DNA from: Cladosporium halotolerans
Taxonomy: Eukaryota
Length of the DNA stretch: 43,066 nt
Assembly: GCF_011745625.1 (NCBI RefSeq)
Contig: NW_027191457.1
Coordinates: forward strand, 1,116,001-1,159,066
Direction of reading: 5' to 3'
Numbering within the stretch: position 1 is the first letter of the stretch; each line of letters begins with the position of its first letter. A model generated the notes under the pieces. The model was not told where the DNA came from, ran no database searches, and saw only the letters and a list, made by a program, of their open reading frames with translations. Shown piece by piece: positions 1 through 11,723 of the stretch. A program made the position numbers and the translations under genes.

Positions 1-2
1 GC

Positions 3-143
3 AGCGTTCGCGCGGTGGAGGCGCTGTTTGCGATGACGAGGATGTTGGAGTCTGTTGCGCCGGCTGTGAGGAGGTTGAGGGAGGCTTTCAAGGGTGCGGA
101 AAGCCTCGATGTTCATTTCGATTTGTCCAAGCGAATCAGATAG
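3..143 (+). CDS. possible 3' end of a gene entering from the left edge, product unknown
   Basis: Open frame from the window edge (SVRAVEALFAMTRMLESVAPAVRRLREAFKGAESLDVHFDLSKRIR) to TAG at 141-143, convergent with the oxidase gene. No recognisable motif. Confidence 0.3.
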   Translation, partial: SVRAVEALFAMTRMLESVAPAVRRLREAFKGAESLDVHFDLSKRIR

Positions 144-310
144 CGCGGCATGGATGTATCGCAAGCGGAAGCAGCAAGAGTCAGGCTCGCTAGAGGTATA
201 GGCAGATGGCTTGAGGCTTGTTATGACATCAAAGGTGTTGCATTAGGTCGTTCCATGCATATCTTCTTTTTGAGTTTAGTTTGTTCTCTTGCGATGCCTA
301 GCACCACCCT

Positions 311-2432
311 TTACATGTGCATCCACCTAGCCATCCAAAAGTTCGTGATCCCCTTCGCCTCATCCACCAAGCCCATGTCCAGCAGTAACTGTGTCGTCCC
401 TCTCACGGCACTCTCAAGCGCGCTGAAGATCCAAGCGTGCGTGTAGCTCGTGTGCTCGCCGACTGCGGAAGTGAAACATTAGCTCAGACCGGCACACATG
501 ACCAACAAGGGAACACTCTTACCGAATACAGTGTGCTTCTCTGTGTGGAAGTAAGCTGGGAGATATAATTGCTGCTGACCAACCAGCGGCGACGCCCAAG
601 CGCCGTTCTGGAACTCGTTGTTTTCCCAGCAAATCCGATCGTACGATCCGGTGAACTGGTCCTGCGCAACAGAACCGTGGACCTCGATCATAGCGCGCTG
701 AACGCGGGCGACATGCTGCTCCTCGGTAAGAGCGGCGAGTGAGCGGGCGTAAGTACCGGAGACGTAGGAAGCGAGGATGACACCGGGACCGGTGGAGTTG
801 ATGCCGTAGCTTGGGTAGCAGATGCTGCCGACGCCAGGGATGTTAGAGCTGCCGCAGCCGCCGATGATGGGGTGCTCGAGGTGCTCCCAGAAGCGTGTTT
901 CGTAGTGAAGGGCGACTTTGCAGGATTGCTGGTAGTTCAAGCGGTTGATGGCGCGCGAGAGGAGGGAAGTGTAGTCTGGCATTGGGTTCCACAAGCGTAC
1001 GCGGCTGAAGGGAATGGCGACGACGGCGTAGTCGACCTCCATGGATTGAGGCTCGACGTCGAAAAGGTTGTTATCACGGTGGAGGATAGAGAGCTTTTGA
1101 GTGTTCTCGTCAAACGACATGCCCTGGACCGAGGTTTGGAAGATTGTGCGGTTGAGAACCTGCGGTCCGAAAGCGGCTGGAAGCCGAGAGAGGCCTTTGT
1201 CGATTGTCCGCCACTCCGTAGCCTCAAAGTATACATCTTCATAAAGCCAATTCGGGAGGCTCCCTGAGATGTCGGTCACCTGGTCGGTGATGTTGTTGTC
1301 ATACTGAAGCAAGTACTTCAAGTAGCCAGCTTCAGAAAAGTCGAAGTAGCCGTCCGCAACCGCTTGCTTATGAGCGCGAAAGACGTTCGTGGCGATCGAA
1401 GCGATCTTGTCATGGTCGAGATCGCTCCATTCCTCAATAGCATCTTTCGCCTGCGCAACCAGGGTAGCATTCGAGTATGTTGCGTTGAGGTTGGTGGCGT
1501 ATGCTGGATCATCCGACACTTCTGCAACGCTCGGCACGGTGCCGTCCGGGCGACGCTTTGAAGTGGAAGAGGGCGCTCCGGGGCTACTCTGAATCCACTT
1601 GATGAAGTTGACAGCGAGCGACGAGTCATTGCCGTTCTGCTTGTTGAGTTCATCGGCAAGCTGGAAAACCATCCGGTGATCCATGATCTGCAGCGTTTCG
1701 TTTGTGTCCGGGTCGGAGATACTAACGGGGAAACGCATCGGTCCCATCTCCTGGTATTGGTAGTCTTCGGGTTTTGAGCCGTTGAGATAGGTGGTGTGCA
1801 CTCTTCCGCCGATGCGCGAAGACGCTTCAACGATTGTCCAATCATGGATGCCGACAGAGTCGAGCAGATGGGCAGTCATCAAACCGGACATTCCTCCACC
1901 GAGAATGCCGATGGTCTTGGACTTCTTCCGCGGAAACAAATGCATCCTCGGGCTCCTTTTCTTGCAGGTAGGCCACGCCGTCGAACCAAGGGCCTTCAGC
2001 GTCCATGATGTCAGCAGCTGCCGTCCACCGGCGCTCCTTGCGCCTTGCCATAGTGATAGGCGCAGATCTGCCCACGAGTCTGTCTCCGGAAAATGCGTGC
2101 AGGCAGCCATCAGACGGAGCATCGTGGGGAGGTAGCCAAACGAACTTAGTTGGACGCTGATCAGGGTGGCTTGCATGTCTCTTCGCGAGGCCATGGTTGC
2201 CTATATGAGTCTCTCCGAGGCTATGGTGGCAATCACTCGATGACTTTGCATTGCATGAGCCGTAGTGGAGGGACAGCTTGCCATCGAGTGGCTCAGTGTA
2301 TTCGATGTGGACATTGTGCATGCCGCCTGCTTCGGCGAATATCTCATCTTGGAAGGCGACAGTGGAAGGAGGAACGAAGAAGGAAGCGCCAGCAGCCGAT
2401 CCAACGATCGACAAAAGCACCGGTGCAAGCAT
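311..2432 (-). CDS. secreted flavin-dependent amine oxidase / L-amino-acid oxidase family protein, frameshifted in this sequence
   Basis: Signal peptide MLAPVLLSIVGSAAGA. FAD-binding motif IGILGGGMSG...IVEASSRIGGRVHT, EMGPMRFP, and C-terminal GEHTSYTHAWIFSALESAVRG. Intron 463-522 (GTAAGA...GCTAAT...CAG); stop TAA at 311-313. The N- and C-terminal parts lie in different frames, joined at about 1928. Confidence 0.88.
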
Positions 2433-3210
2433 TATGAAGGCCTTGAAATGATCGTTCGACGGATTGATGCAGGAGAGAATCGACTACCATTCTGAGGTTC
2501 ATCGAGCCTCTTTATAATCCTCAAAACACCGCGATGACTCCAAAATCGGATACCAGAGCCGCAACCCCTCCTCTCTCCGGCCACGCTCCCCAACAGTGGG
2601 CAGCGTTTTCTGAACGCTAGAGCAGCCCTTGGTTGCATTCCGGGACCTGCACGCAAAGTATCGCACGAGACTCATGGTTCGCCGAGTCGGCCTAAAGGGC
2701 AGCGCACCAATGCCGTCGATGGAAACGTCGGTATCGAAGATACCGTTATCTTCGGAGTAGCATGTGGAGCAGTGTGGAGATGCATGCTTGAAAGTAGGCT
2801 TATCTGAATAGGGCGCGCGATGATGCTGATCCGCAGCGCATGGCACGTCGTTATCAATAGGGACCCGCCACGTGGTGGACGCCGAGCGAGCGATGTCGGA
2901 CGGTATGCGAAAAATATTGTTTTGCGATGCAAAGGCCGACGGAGGCGTAGGGCGCGGGTGAGGTTGCTATCAGTACATCTGAGGTCGTACCTTTACCTAA
3001 GCAACCGCCGCTGGCCCAAAGAGGAAGGTCGAGCGCGTGCAGCTGCAGCCGCGGCTTGCTTGCATCTTGAGGCTTCAGTTTTCAAGCTCCGAAGCATCTC
3101 GAGCAGACGCGACGACCAACCAGCGCGCGACGGCAAAAGCAACAAGCAGCCAGCGCATCTTTGCAACACCGGAACTCCACCAACATCTCAACCCGACCCG
3201 TCCGCCCAGC

Positions 3211-3948
3211 ATGGCGCGCAACGCCGAGAAATCGCAATCCATGCTCTTCCGGTTCCGGGAGCAGCAAGCCGCGGACCTAGGAATCCTCGACACGACTCGC
3301 ACACGGCGGCCAAAAGCGATCAGCACGCAGGAGCACATCCCGACCTGCGAGCGGTGGCGCGGCCAAGTGCTCAAGGAGATCTCGCGCAAAGTCAGCAAAA
3401 TCCAGGACCCGGCGCTCAGCGATTACCAGATCCGCGATGTGAACGATGAGCTCAATCGCTTGTTCAAGGAGAAGTGGCAGTGGGAGATGCGAATTCGGGA
3501 GCTGGGAGGGCCCAATTACATGCGTGGCGGTGGCAGGATGCTGGATGATGAGGGGAGGGTCATTGAGGGTGGTGGGAAGGGTTATCGGTATTTTGGACGC
3601 GCGAGGGAGTTGCCGGGCGTGAAGGAGCTGTTTGAGGCAGCGACTAGGCCGAAGCAGTCCGATGAGAAGAAGACGGATACCCGCGCGGATCTCAGTCGGA
3701 GGGTGGATGCTGGTTACTATGGGTATGGGCTGGATGAGGAGGACGGCACGCTTGTTGCGTACGAGCAGAAGAAGGAGAAGGAGGCGTTTGAGACGCTGCT
3801 GGAGCAGGATGAGGACAGAATGGATGACGGCTGGGAGCCGTTGCCAGGAGACGCTGGAGATGGTGTGGAGTGGACGTTGCCCACTGCCGAGCAAGTTGAA
3901 ACCGAATTGCTCGAGCGGAGAAAGAAGAAACTGCTCGACAAGCTTTGA
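3211..3948 (+). CDS. ISY1: pre-mRNA splicing factor Isy1 (NTC/Prp19 complex)
   Basis: Characteristic MARNAEKSQSMLFRF, ISRKVSKIQDPALSDYQIRDVNDELNRL, ELGGPNY and GYRYFGRARELPGVKELF. Single exon. Confidence 0.95.
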   Translation: MARNAEKSQSMLFRFREQQAADLGILDTTRTRRPKAISTQEHIPTCERWRGQVLKEISRKVSKIQDPALSDYQIRDVNDELNRLFKEKWQWEMRIRELGGPNYMRGGGRMLDDEGRVIEGGGKGYRYFGRARELPGVKELFEAATRPKQSDEKKTDTRADLSRRVDAGYYGYGLDEEDGTLVAYEQKKEKEAFETLLEQDEDRMDDGWEPLPGDAGDGVEWTLPTAEQVETELLERRKKKLLDKL

Positions 3949-4126
3949 GGCATCACGCAATCGCTTTACGACCAAGCAACCACGTGTCACACAGATCGAA
4001 TGATCGAAGTCTCGAATATCAAAGGCTTTCTTGGGTATCTCGTCAGTCGTTTACATTCGTGGAAAAGACTCGCTCAAGCCAACACCGAAGCTATGCAAAG
4101 CAAGGAAAGCATCTACTTGGCGCTTT

Positions 4127-6133
4127 TCATGAAGCCACATTATTATCATTGCCAGACACACACCATTTCTCCTCGTCCCATCCCGGAGGACGCCATGTGA
4201 ACAAATCGAACGCTTCCCGAGTCCATGGATCAGGTACAGCAACTCGTGGTGCTGGCTTCGGTTCTGAGGGAGGCTTCGGCGCAGAGAACGGCTTACTGAG
4301 CATTACAGTCGAGGTCCCGTCAGTTGCAAGGTCAAGTGCAGTTGGGAAGCAATTCTGCGCACTCTTTCGGATCTCTTTGCGGCCAATGCCCGGTTTCCGA
4401 CGAGCTTGTCTTGGTGAAGGCTCCTTTGGTGGCGGTGATGGTGACGGCACCTTTGCATGGGGCCGAGGCTCGACCTCCATCCGCTCAATTACTGCAGTTG
4501 GCGCATCAGGCATGGCTGGTCCAGCACTTCCAGTGTCAGGTGAATCCGCAGGCTGTGGCACCCTGTTTGGCTCGATGGAGTCCTGGTGCGCAGTCTCCAT
4601 TCTTTTTGCCGTTTGCGCCGCTGGCGATGGTATGCGATGTACGGATACATTTGGAGCTCGACTTGCTGGCCTGTCGATGATCGCTTCATGTCGTGGTGCT
4701 GAATATTGCGTTGGCTTCTTTAGCACCTCGGGGTCGGCAGCATTCGCTCTTGTCGCATCTTTGTTGGACATGGGCGCGCTGTCAATAGTGTGTAGCTCGG
4801 AAGCAGTAGCTTCAGCATCGTTAATAACATCATTGAGATCATCAGCTTTTTGCTGGGCCAATCGCCTCATCTTTGCTAATCGTTCCTCAAGTAGCTCTCT
4901 CTGTGTCTTTCGTTTCGATGCCGGTGCTTTGGCATTCTCCGCCGCTGGAGTCTGATCTGGGAAATCTCCTGGCGACGAAGAAGTGTCATCGAGACAGGCC
5001 AATGTCCTCCTTTTTGGACCACCCGTTGCCATGCGCAGAATCTGGCTTGCTTTCGTGCTGGTGGGCAGGAAGGGCGGGGCAAGTGGTGGAGCAGCGGCAG
5101 CAGCAGCCCGTCGTTCGCCTGCGTCTTGACGCCTTTCTTCAGCTCGACCATTTGGCCTTTGATGTTCCGCATCTGCTCTCTTCTCTTTACTTTTGCTTGC
5201 TTGCACCTGAAATGCGGGCGAGCTGGAGCGCACTGGTTCTTTGCGAGTTGACGGTACCGGCCCGGAGATTTCCCTCACGGGGGATGATCCAGGACCAGCT
5301 GCATCGGTCGAGTACACAGGCAACAACTTGGAGGGGGAATCGTCTCCATCATCGGACAGATCGATGACTTCCTTCGTTCCAAGTCGTCGTTGGCAGGAGG
5401 GCAATGAGCCACGTCTCGCAGCTTTCGCTCGCGCGTCAGTCGTACGTTTCCGTAGAGGCGTCTCCTTCTTCGCGTCCGGCTTCGGCGTGGTCGTCGTTCG
5501 TGTCACAATCCAAGGATCTTCCCTTGGTCGCTTCGGCGGACGCCCACTTTCCCACTCTTCGTTCTCAGCCGCCTGCCTCATCTCGAACGGCGACTTGACA
5601 GGCACGCTCGCCTTCCCTATCCTACCCTTCGGCGTCCCAAGCAAAGCGTTCAAAGAGCGATGCTTCAGCTGTGTTTTTCCCCCGGCAGTACTACCCACTG
5701 CCAGTCTCGCGGGCGGCGGCCCCATGACTTTCGAAGGCGTCGCCACCGCCCTCGCAGGCGAACTACCCTCCCCACCTTCGCCCCTCCTCCCCTTCCTGGC
5801 GCTTTGCTTCAACTCCGTCAAGTCCGTCTCAGTCCTCCCCACCGCTTCCGCAACTTGCACCAGCACCGCCTCCCGCTCCAGCGTCACCTCGTCGCCCTCC
5901 TGCACCGCCTCGTCCGCTTTCCAGTGCACGTCGCCGACGAAGTTGCGCGGCACGTCGTACACCATCACGCGCTTGTTGAAGGTGTGGAAGCGCAGGAAGC
6001 CGTCCTGCCATCGCTTCTGCTTGCGCCGGATGTCGTGCGTGTAGAGGCAGTTGAATTCGAGGACGGGCGCGGTGTTTTGGCTCGGTGGGATGGAGAGCGA
6101 GGGCGTGCTGGAGCGGTGCACGGCGGTGGACAT
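4127..6133 (-). CDS. DUF2439-domain protein (N-terminal domain of the Mte1/Dbl2/ZGRF1 family) with a long disordered C-terminus
   Basis: N-terminal EFNCLYTHDIRRKQKRWQDGFLRFHTFNKRVMVYD, and C-terminal PWTREAFDLFTWRPP. 668-aa single ORF. Confidence 0.85.
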   Translation of the reverse strand: MSTAVHRSSTPSLSIPPSQNTAPVLEFNCLYTHDIRRKQKRWQDGFLRFHTFNKRVMVYDVPRNFVGDVHWKADEAVQEGDEVTLEREAVLVQVAEAVGRTETDLTELKQSARKGRRGEGGEGSSPARAVATPSKVMGPPPARLAVGSTAGGKTQLKHRSLNALLGTPKGRIGKASVPVKSPFEMRQAAENEEWESGRPPKRPREDPWIVTRTTTTPKPDAKKETPLRKRTTDARAKAARRGSLPSCQRRLGTKEVIDLSDDGDDSPSKLLPVYSTDAAGPGSSPVREISGPVPSTRKEPVRSSSPAFQVQASKSKEKRADAEHQRPNGRAEERRQDAGERRAAAAAAPPLAPPFLPTSTKASQILRMATGGPKRRTLACLDDTSSSPGDFPDQTPAAENAKAPASKRKTQRELLEERLAKMRRLAQQKADDLNDVINDAEATASELHTIDSAPMSNKDATRANAADPEVLKKPTQYSAPRHEAIIDRPASRAPNVSVHRIPSPAAQTAKRMETAHQDSIEPNRVPQPADSPDTGSAGPAMPDAPTAVIERMEVEPRPHAKVPSPSPPPKEPSPRQARRKPGIGRKEIRKSAQNCFPTALDLATDGTSTVMLSKPFSAPKPPSEPKPAPRVAVPDPWTREAFDLFTWRPPGWDEEKWCVSGNDNNVAS

Positions 6134-6246
6134 TTTGGGGAGATGGGGTGATCATCGCGAGGGCATGGTCTGGAGGCGCTTTTCGGGGGGGTATGTATTA
6201 CTGGAAGGATGTGGTTGCGGTCGCTATGAGAGCGTGAATTGGTGAA

Positions 6247-6262
6247 GACGCGAAGTCGCGTC
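6247..6262. promoter_or_regulatory. inverted pair of MCB-like (ACGCG) elements upstream of the DUF2439 gene
   Basis: GACGCGA-AG-TCGCGTC inverted repeat about 115 nt upstream of the ATG, with a further CACGCG at about 6276. Confidence 0.45.
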
Positions 6263-7540
6263 GGCCGAGGTTCGGCACGCGCCGCGAGTGACGCCTGGTC
6301 ACGTTTTTGTAGAGTGCCTGAGTGCAGCTGTCAGACGAGCTCTACCAGCTGGTTGGGAAGGATCGACAGAGGGAATGATGCACTGATGGTTGGAATGGGA
6401 TGACGCACACATTAGGTTGTCCATGATCGAAGATCGTACTGTGAGGTACTCGGAAAGGCTGATGATTTTCCTTCTTGCAGTAGTTTTTGATGAGGTAGAT
6501 GTGCCAGACCTGCAGCTCACACATGAGGCACGTATGAGCCTGATCGACGCAAGGTAGGTGACAGGTATCTGGTCGCTCAATGAAATGTACGCTCGAAATT
6601 GCCCTCTCTATTATCGACTGAACGGAATAGCTTCATCAATACAAACGGTATACTGTATGAACCACAGCTCAAACCAATAAAACCGTCAGCTTGCTGTAAG
6701 ACACTGCTGACAAGCGGATACCTTAGGTTTGTCTCTCATCAGTCGAGGTAAGCGAAAACGCATATGGGTGTAGTATCAACCATGACGCTGCTTCTACTTC
6801 GTGCCATCATGCCATGAGTGCTATTTTGTGATTCTGAAACGGCAGGCATGCAGATTGAAAACATCAAGGTTGAGCCACTTCCTTGAAGGAAACGCTGCGA
6901 TAGTGCCCGGATTGCCGCGCGATTGGAACATTCGGTCTCGGCAACCGACAGAAAAGAACCAACGTCGCCGTGAAGACGGCGCGGGCGCACGGTAGATGGA
7001 TGGAGTGCCGGTAGATCGCAATTGCGGCGTGGTGCAGCTGGCAGCCTCCGGTCTGATCGCCAAACGGCTGCAAGCGCCAAGGGCGCCCGGGTGGGCCTGA
7101 GCTTGTTTGCTGGGGGCGGCGGCGGCTCGCTGATATTTAACCCACGCGCCAGCCCCGCCGCGGCCAGCAAACACCCTCGCACGCGCCCCCGAGCTGCTGA
7201 GCCTGTGCTGCAGCCTACGCGCGCCGGCCTGCCACCCACGCGCACGCATCGCCGTCCGAGAGGAAGCTTGGGCCGTCGGCACTCCGCGCGCAGCATCCCG
7301 TCATCGCCCAGGAATTTTTGGCGCATACCCACCAGCAAGGGCACCCTCAGGCACCACAAGGCCACCGCAAGGGCACGCTATCCAAGCACGCCCACGCCCA
7401 CCTTCTGCAAGGCCCGGCGCCGCCGCCTGCTGGCGCGCCGCTTGCTGCCTCCGCGCCGCCCTTCACCACTGGCGTCCGCCTTGCCGCCTCAGGCATTACA
7501 TCACCGCGCCTGACTCGCGTCGCGCTTCAATTCAAGAACC

Positions 7541-8404
7541 ATGTCTTCATATCGCCCACAGTCCCCCGACTTGTCCTCCTACGCCCCTCGCTCGCCCGAC
7601 CTCTCCACCACCTACCGTCCGCAGAGCCCAGACCTCTCTGGCCCAGCCTCGACCGCCCAGCCCGGCTACATCCCGCAGCACACCACCCACACCGCCCCTC
7701 CCTTCGCCGAACACGCCTACAGAGGCCCCACCGCCGCCTTCTTGCCCACATCCCTTCCCTCAATACCCGCAGCGGGGCCTCAAACTCTCTACGGCCAACC
7801 TCCACCGCAGTACAGCATGCCTCCCCGAGGCCACATCAAAGAGGAAGATGAGGAGTACCTCCCCGATGCGTACGCTGGACGCGCGGGCATTCCGCAGCAA
7901 TTCGCCCACATGCCCGCCAATGGCTCCTCAATGGGCTACCCTCAGATGCCGGGCCAGCAGATAAAAACGGAGGCGCCGCCAGATCCCACACACGGAGTTG
8001 TGCTCAAGACCTCTTTCCCGGTGGCTCGCATCAAGCGTATTATGCAGGCTGACGAGGACATCGGGAAAGTCGCTCAGGTCACGCCCCACGTCGTTAGTCG
8101 CGCGCTGGAGCTGTTCATGATCAAGCTTATCACCGCGTCCGCCGACCACGCTCGAGGCGGTCCCGCTGGTGCTGCTGGTAGCGCTGGCGCGTCCAAGGGC
8201 CCCAAGCGAGTGCTGGCGCAGCACTTGAAGAGAGCGATTCAGGCGGATGAGACTTTCGACTTCCTTGCGGACATCATCGCCAAGGTTCCTGACGCGCCGG
8301 CCAGCAAGGCGAAGAAGGAAGCTGGCAGTGATTCCGAGGAGGCCAAACCTAAGAGCGCAGGCAGGAAAGGGAAGAAGAGAAAGGACTCGGGAGACGACTT
8401 TTGA
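7541..8404 (+). CDS. BUR6: negative cofactor 2 alpha subunit (Bur6/DRAP1 histone-fold protein)
   Basis: Histone fold [35 protein letters not shown]...[19 protein letters not shown], a Pro/Gln-rich N-terminal extension and a basic C-terminal tail. Confidence 0.9.
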   Translation: MSSYRPQSPDLSSYAPRSPDLSTTYRPQSPDLSGPASTAQPGYIPQHTTHTAPPFAEHAYRGPTAAFLPTSLPSIPAAGPQTLYGQPPPQYSMPPRGHIKEEDEEYLPDAYAGRAGIPQQFAHMPANGSSMGYPQMPGQQIKTEAPPDPTHGVVLKTSFPVARIKRIMQADEDIGKVAQVTPHVVSRALELFMIKLITASADHARGGPAGAAGSAGASKGPKRVLAQHLKRAIQADETFDFLADIIAKVPDAPASKAKKEAGSDSEEAKPKSAGRKGKKRKDSGDDF

Positions 8405-9937
8405 GCACACCGTTGGGACCTTTTAAGAGACCAAACACTGTTGCAAGACTTGCCATTGCACGAGCCTGAAACAACAGAGCCCAACACCAGACCCGAAGCA
8501 ATGACATAAAGATCCGTCGACAGGAAGCCGCCTGCACGTTGTATTGACTGTTGTCGATGCTTTAGGACCGGGCATACAACTAAGCTGCTCGAGCGAGATC
8601 GCGAGCGTTCGCCTACGAGTCACGATCCATAATATATCGCACTGAACGTCTGGTGAGCTCAAAACGCCTCTGGGCCAATGACTTCGAGCCGAGTAGCCCG
8701 AAGCATCTCGAAGGTGGATGACTAAAGCGGTCGTGCTGGAAGTTCTTTCAGAATGCCCACCGCGGGTTTAAGGCTCTACCACGAAGCTTGGCTGCATCCC
8801 TTCGAGGTCCCTAGAAACACCAATTACAATAGATACCCAGGGAAATCATGAGTAACGACATTATTCTACATGACCAAACGCTCGGAGCCAGTGACCGCAC
8901 TTTACAGTCCAATCAACAGACCCCACCCTTGTGCCCGATTCCCAAGCTTCACTGCCTGCCGTTCCATTGTCGCTTTCGCTCCTCTTCCTTGATTCGAGAA
9001 TGAAGGTAAGCGCATCCTCACATCTACTGCGCTAAACACTTTTGGTTGTTCAATTGTGGCTCGCAGACTTGCGCAGACTCTGATGGCAAAGCCTCTGCAC
9101 CGCACCTAGCCATCGACACTTCGTGCGCTTCTGCTTCAGAGTTGGGTTTGGTCCGGTCGGACCCGTCGAAATCACGGCAAGGTAGTATGCAAAACCAGAG
9201 CGATGCGCTGCAACAAACAGGTGCGCCTTGCTATCTAGTAGTCGCTGTACGGTCCCTACGGCCACAAACAGCCAGGGTGCTGCAGGCGATGCTGTTGCTG
9301 GCTGACAGCTAACAGCAGTAATGTCGACTTCATGAGCAAACGCCCCGGGCCTCAGGCTATACACCCACATGCGACCATGTGGCGCAACGATAGTTCGGTA
9401 CGACCCAAGCGCCACAACGCCAGGAATCTCCACGGAGACACACTCGGCTGTTAGGCGAGCGTGGGGCGCAACTGAAATCCCAACGAGCATTTAATACCCG
9501 GCGTTGGCCATGCAAAAGCATGACGAGGTTAAGCACGCCCGGGGAAGGGAAGTAGGTCGGGTTACATCTGAGGACGCAAATTAGTGTCCTGCATATGCTA
9601 TGTATCAAACATGTACAACTACTGCCTAGCCCTGTCTGCTAGTAGGCGACCTTACAGAGCCAGACGCTAGATTTCGGCCAGAACGTCTGCTCGCTAAAGC
9701 AAACGACAGAAATGGTTAGCCCTCGACATTTGTCGCCAAAATGCCCAATTATCACTCCCAATGTGTCGCCTCCCGTCGGCACTAAGCGTCCTTTCGTCAA
9801 GGCGTCTATGGCGCGGCACATGCAAAACCTCCCTGAATGTTGTTGCTCGACCTGCTGCTGTTCACTTCTTCCAAACACAGAATGATGTGGCGTGACAACA
9901 CACTTCCACCATGAAACACTTTTCAGCTTCGACACCA

Positions 9938-11271
9938 ATGTTCTTCAACCCTCGACTCCACCCAAGAGCTTGGCTGCTTGCCTGTGGTTGTCTCATTCTC
10001 ACTTACATCGTCGCCACACTTACTGGTGGCTTCACTCTGAGTCCCGCGAAGCGCCTCACCTCGCAGAAGGATCTGCTCAATGATGTCTTCAACGCCACCC
10101 TAGGAGTACGCATCCGGCCGAGTTGTTGCGACTGGCCAGTGCTGATCGCGATCTAGTTCCAGAAGATCCTTGTGATAGGCCTTCCATCGAGGACCGACCG
10201 TCGCGACTCGATGTCACTGGCGGCCGCGTTCTCTGGCTTGCAGGTCGAGTACGTTGACGGTGTTACTCAGGTGGACAATAAGACTCTACCGCCTGGCGGC
10301 GTCGAACGGGGTATCGATGGTGGGAGTTTGTTCGCTTGGAGAGCCCACATGAATGCTTTGCGACTGTGAGTTTTGGCCTATCAACGCAGGCATCGTCACT
10401 TCACATGACTCTCGCCTGGCATCGAACATGAAAGCATTGGCTGATTCCATCCAGCATCGTCGAGCAGAACCTCACTTCTGCTCTCGTCCTCGAAGACGAT
10501 ATCGACTGGGACATCCGGATCAAAGCCCAGATGAAGGAGTTTGCCCGAGCGGCGAGGTTACTGGTCCAGCCTTTACCGCACACACGCGAGCAGTATCTGG
10601 ATCCCACGTACCCTAGCCCTAGTGCAGACCAAGGGTACCAAAGCTTCGATGTCAACGAGCACGCCACGAGCGACCCGACCGATTCGCCTTACGGAGACAT
10701 CAGCCGCTGGGATCTGCTCTGGCTCGGGCATTGCGGCTGCCGCTTTCCCCTTGCCAGCGACCTAAACGTGCCCTTGGGCCGAGCAGTCATCGCGAACGAC
10801 GACACAGTTCCCGAACACCAGCACTTGGACATGGAGTACGGCAACGACGAGCTGCTCCGCCAATACCCGCCTCACACGCGCGTCGTCTCCCGCGCCAGAG
10901 TCAACACCTGCTCGCTCGCATACGCCATCTCCCAGCCCGGCGCCCGCCGCTTCCTCTACGAACTCGGCGTCCACAAGATGTCCGACCCCAACGACATCAT
11001 GTTCCGCTACGTCTGCGACGGCGTCGACGACCGCCAGCTCGCGACGTGTCTGACCTTCCAGCCGCAGCTGTTCCAGCACCATCGCCCGGTCGGAGCGAAG
11101 GCTGGCTTCAGCGATATTGCGGATCATGGGGATGGTTTTAACGACCGGGCTTTCACGCGGAATGTGAGGTGGAGTGTGAGGTTGAATTTCGCGAATCTTG
11201 TTAGTGGGAGTGCGAATTATACGGATAGTTTTCCGGATGGTGGGAGAAAGGTACACTTTCCGGATGGCTGA
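9938..11271 (+). CDS. glycosyltransferase family 25-like type II membrane protein
   Basis: Exons 9938-10105, 10157-10365 and 10455-11271 (GT-AG introns). N-terminal TM anchor, NATLGFQKILVIGLPSRTDRRD, and ALVLEDDIDWD (DxD motif). An in-frame ATG at 9911 is an alternative start. Confidence 0.85.
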
Positions 11272-11723
11272 GGGGAAAGGATACGATCTTTCTGGTCGTT
11301 TTCTTGATTTGTCTTTGGGTGTAGCTACTGCTTGAACGACAAGTTGTAGATATTGATCACGGACGTGTGAGTCTTCTGGACAAACGCATTGAGGTCCGAA
11401 GAGTTACTTCAACCTCCGTTATGTCTTCACCAGCAGATGTTCATGGACATTAATCAACATGGGCACGTGACAGGTACCCGATAGACGGCAATTTATTGAA
11501 CCCTGGCCTCGGCCAACCACATGGCCCGAGCTCAAGCGCAAGCTGGGGATGTCGGCGATCACTTCGAGCTTCAACACCGAGGAGAGACAAGGCGCATTGC
11601 ACTGGTGGGGACATACTGAACTCTGGTCGCACCAGCAAACTTCGTTTGAATCGAGAGGCATATTGTATCCTCGCCCTCTTCAATCATACCTCCACCTGAT
11701 CGGCCCAACACACTCTCGAAACC

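Noticed and set aside
6765..6782. GTGTAGTATC matches the U2 snRNA branch-point recognition sequence
   Set aside because: Flanking U2 sequence (GGCUAAGAUCAA upstream, UGUUCUU downstream) and an Sm site are missing.
6739..7513. Several 150-200 aa overlapping ORFs upstream of BUR6
   Set aside because: GC-rich promoter/leader sequence. The translations are low-complexity Arg/Ala/Pro with non-ATG starts and no motifs.
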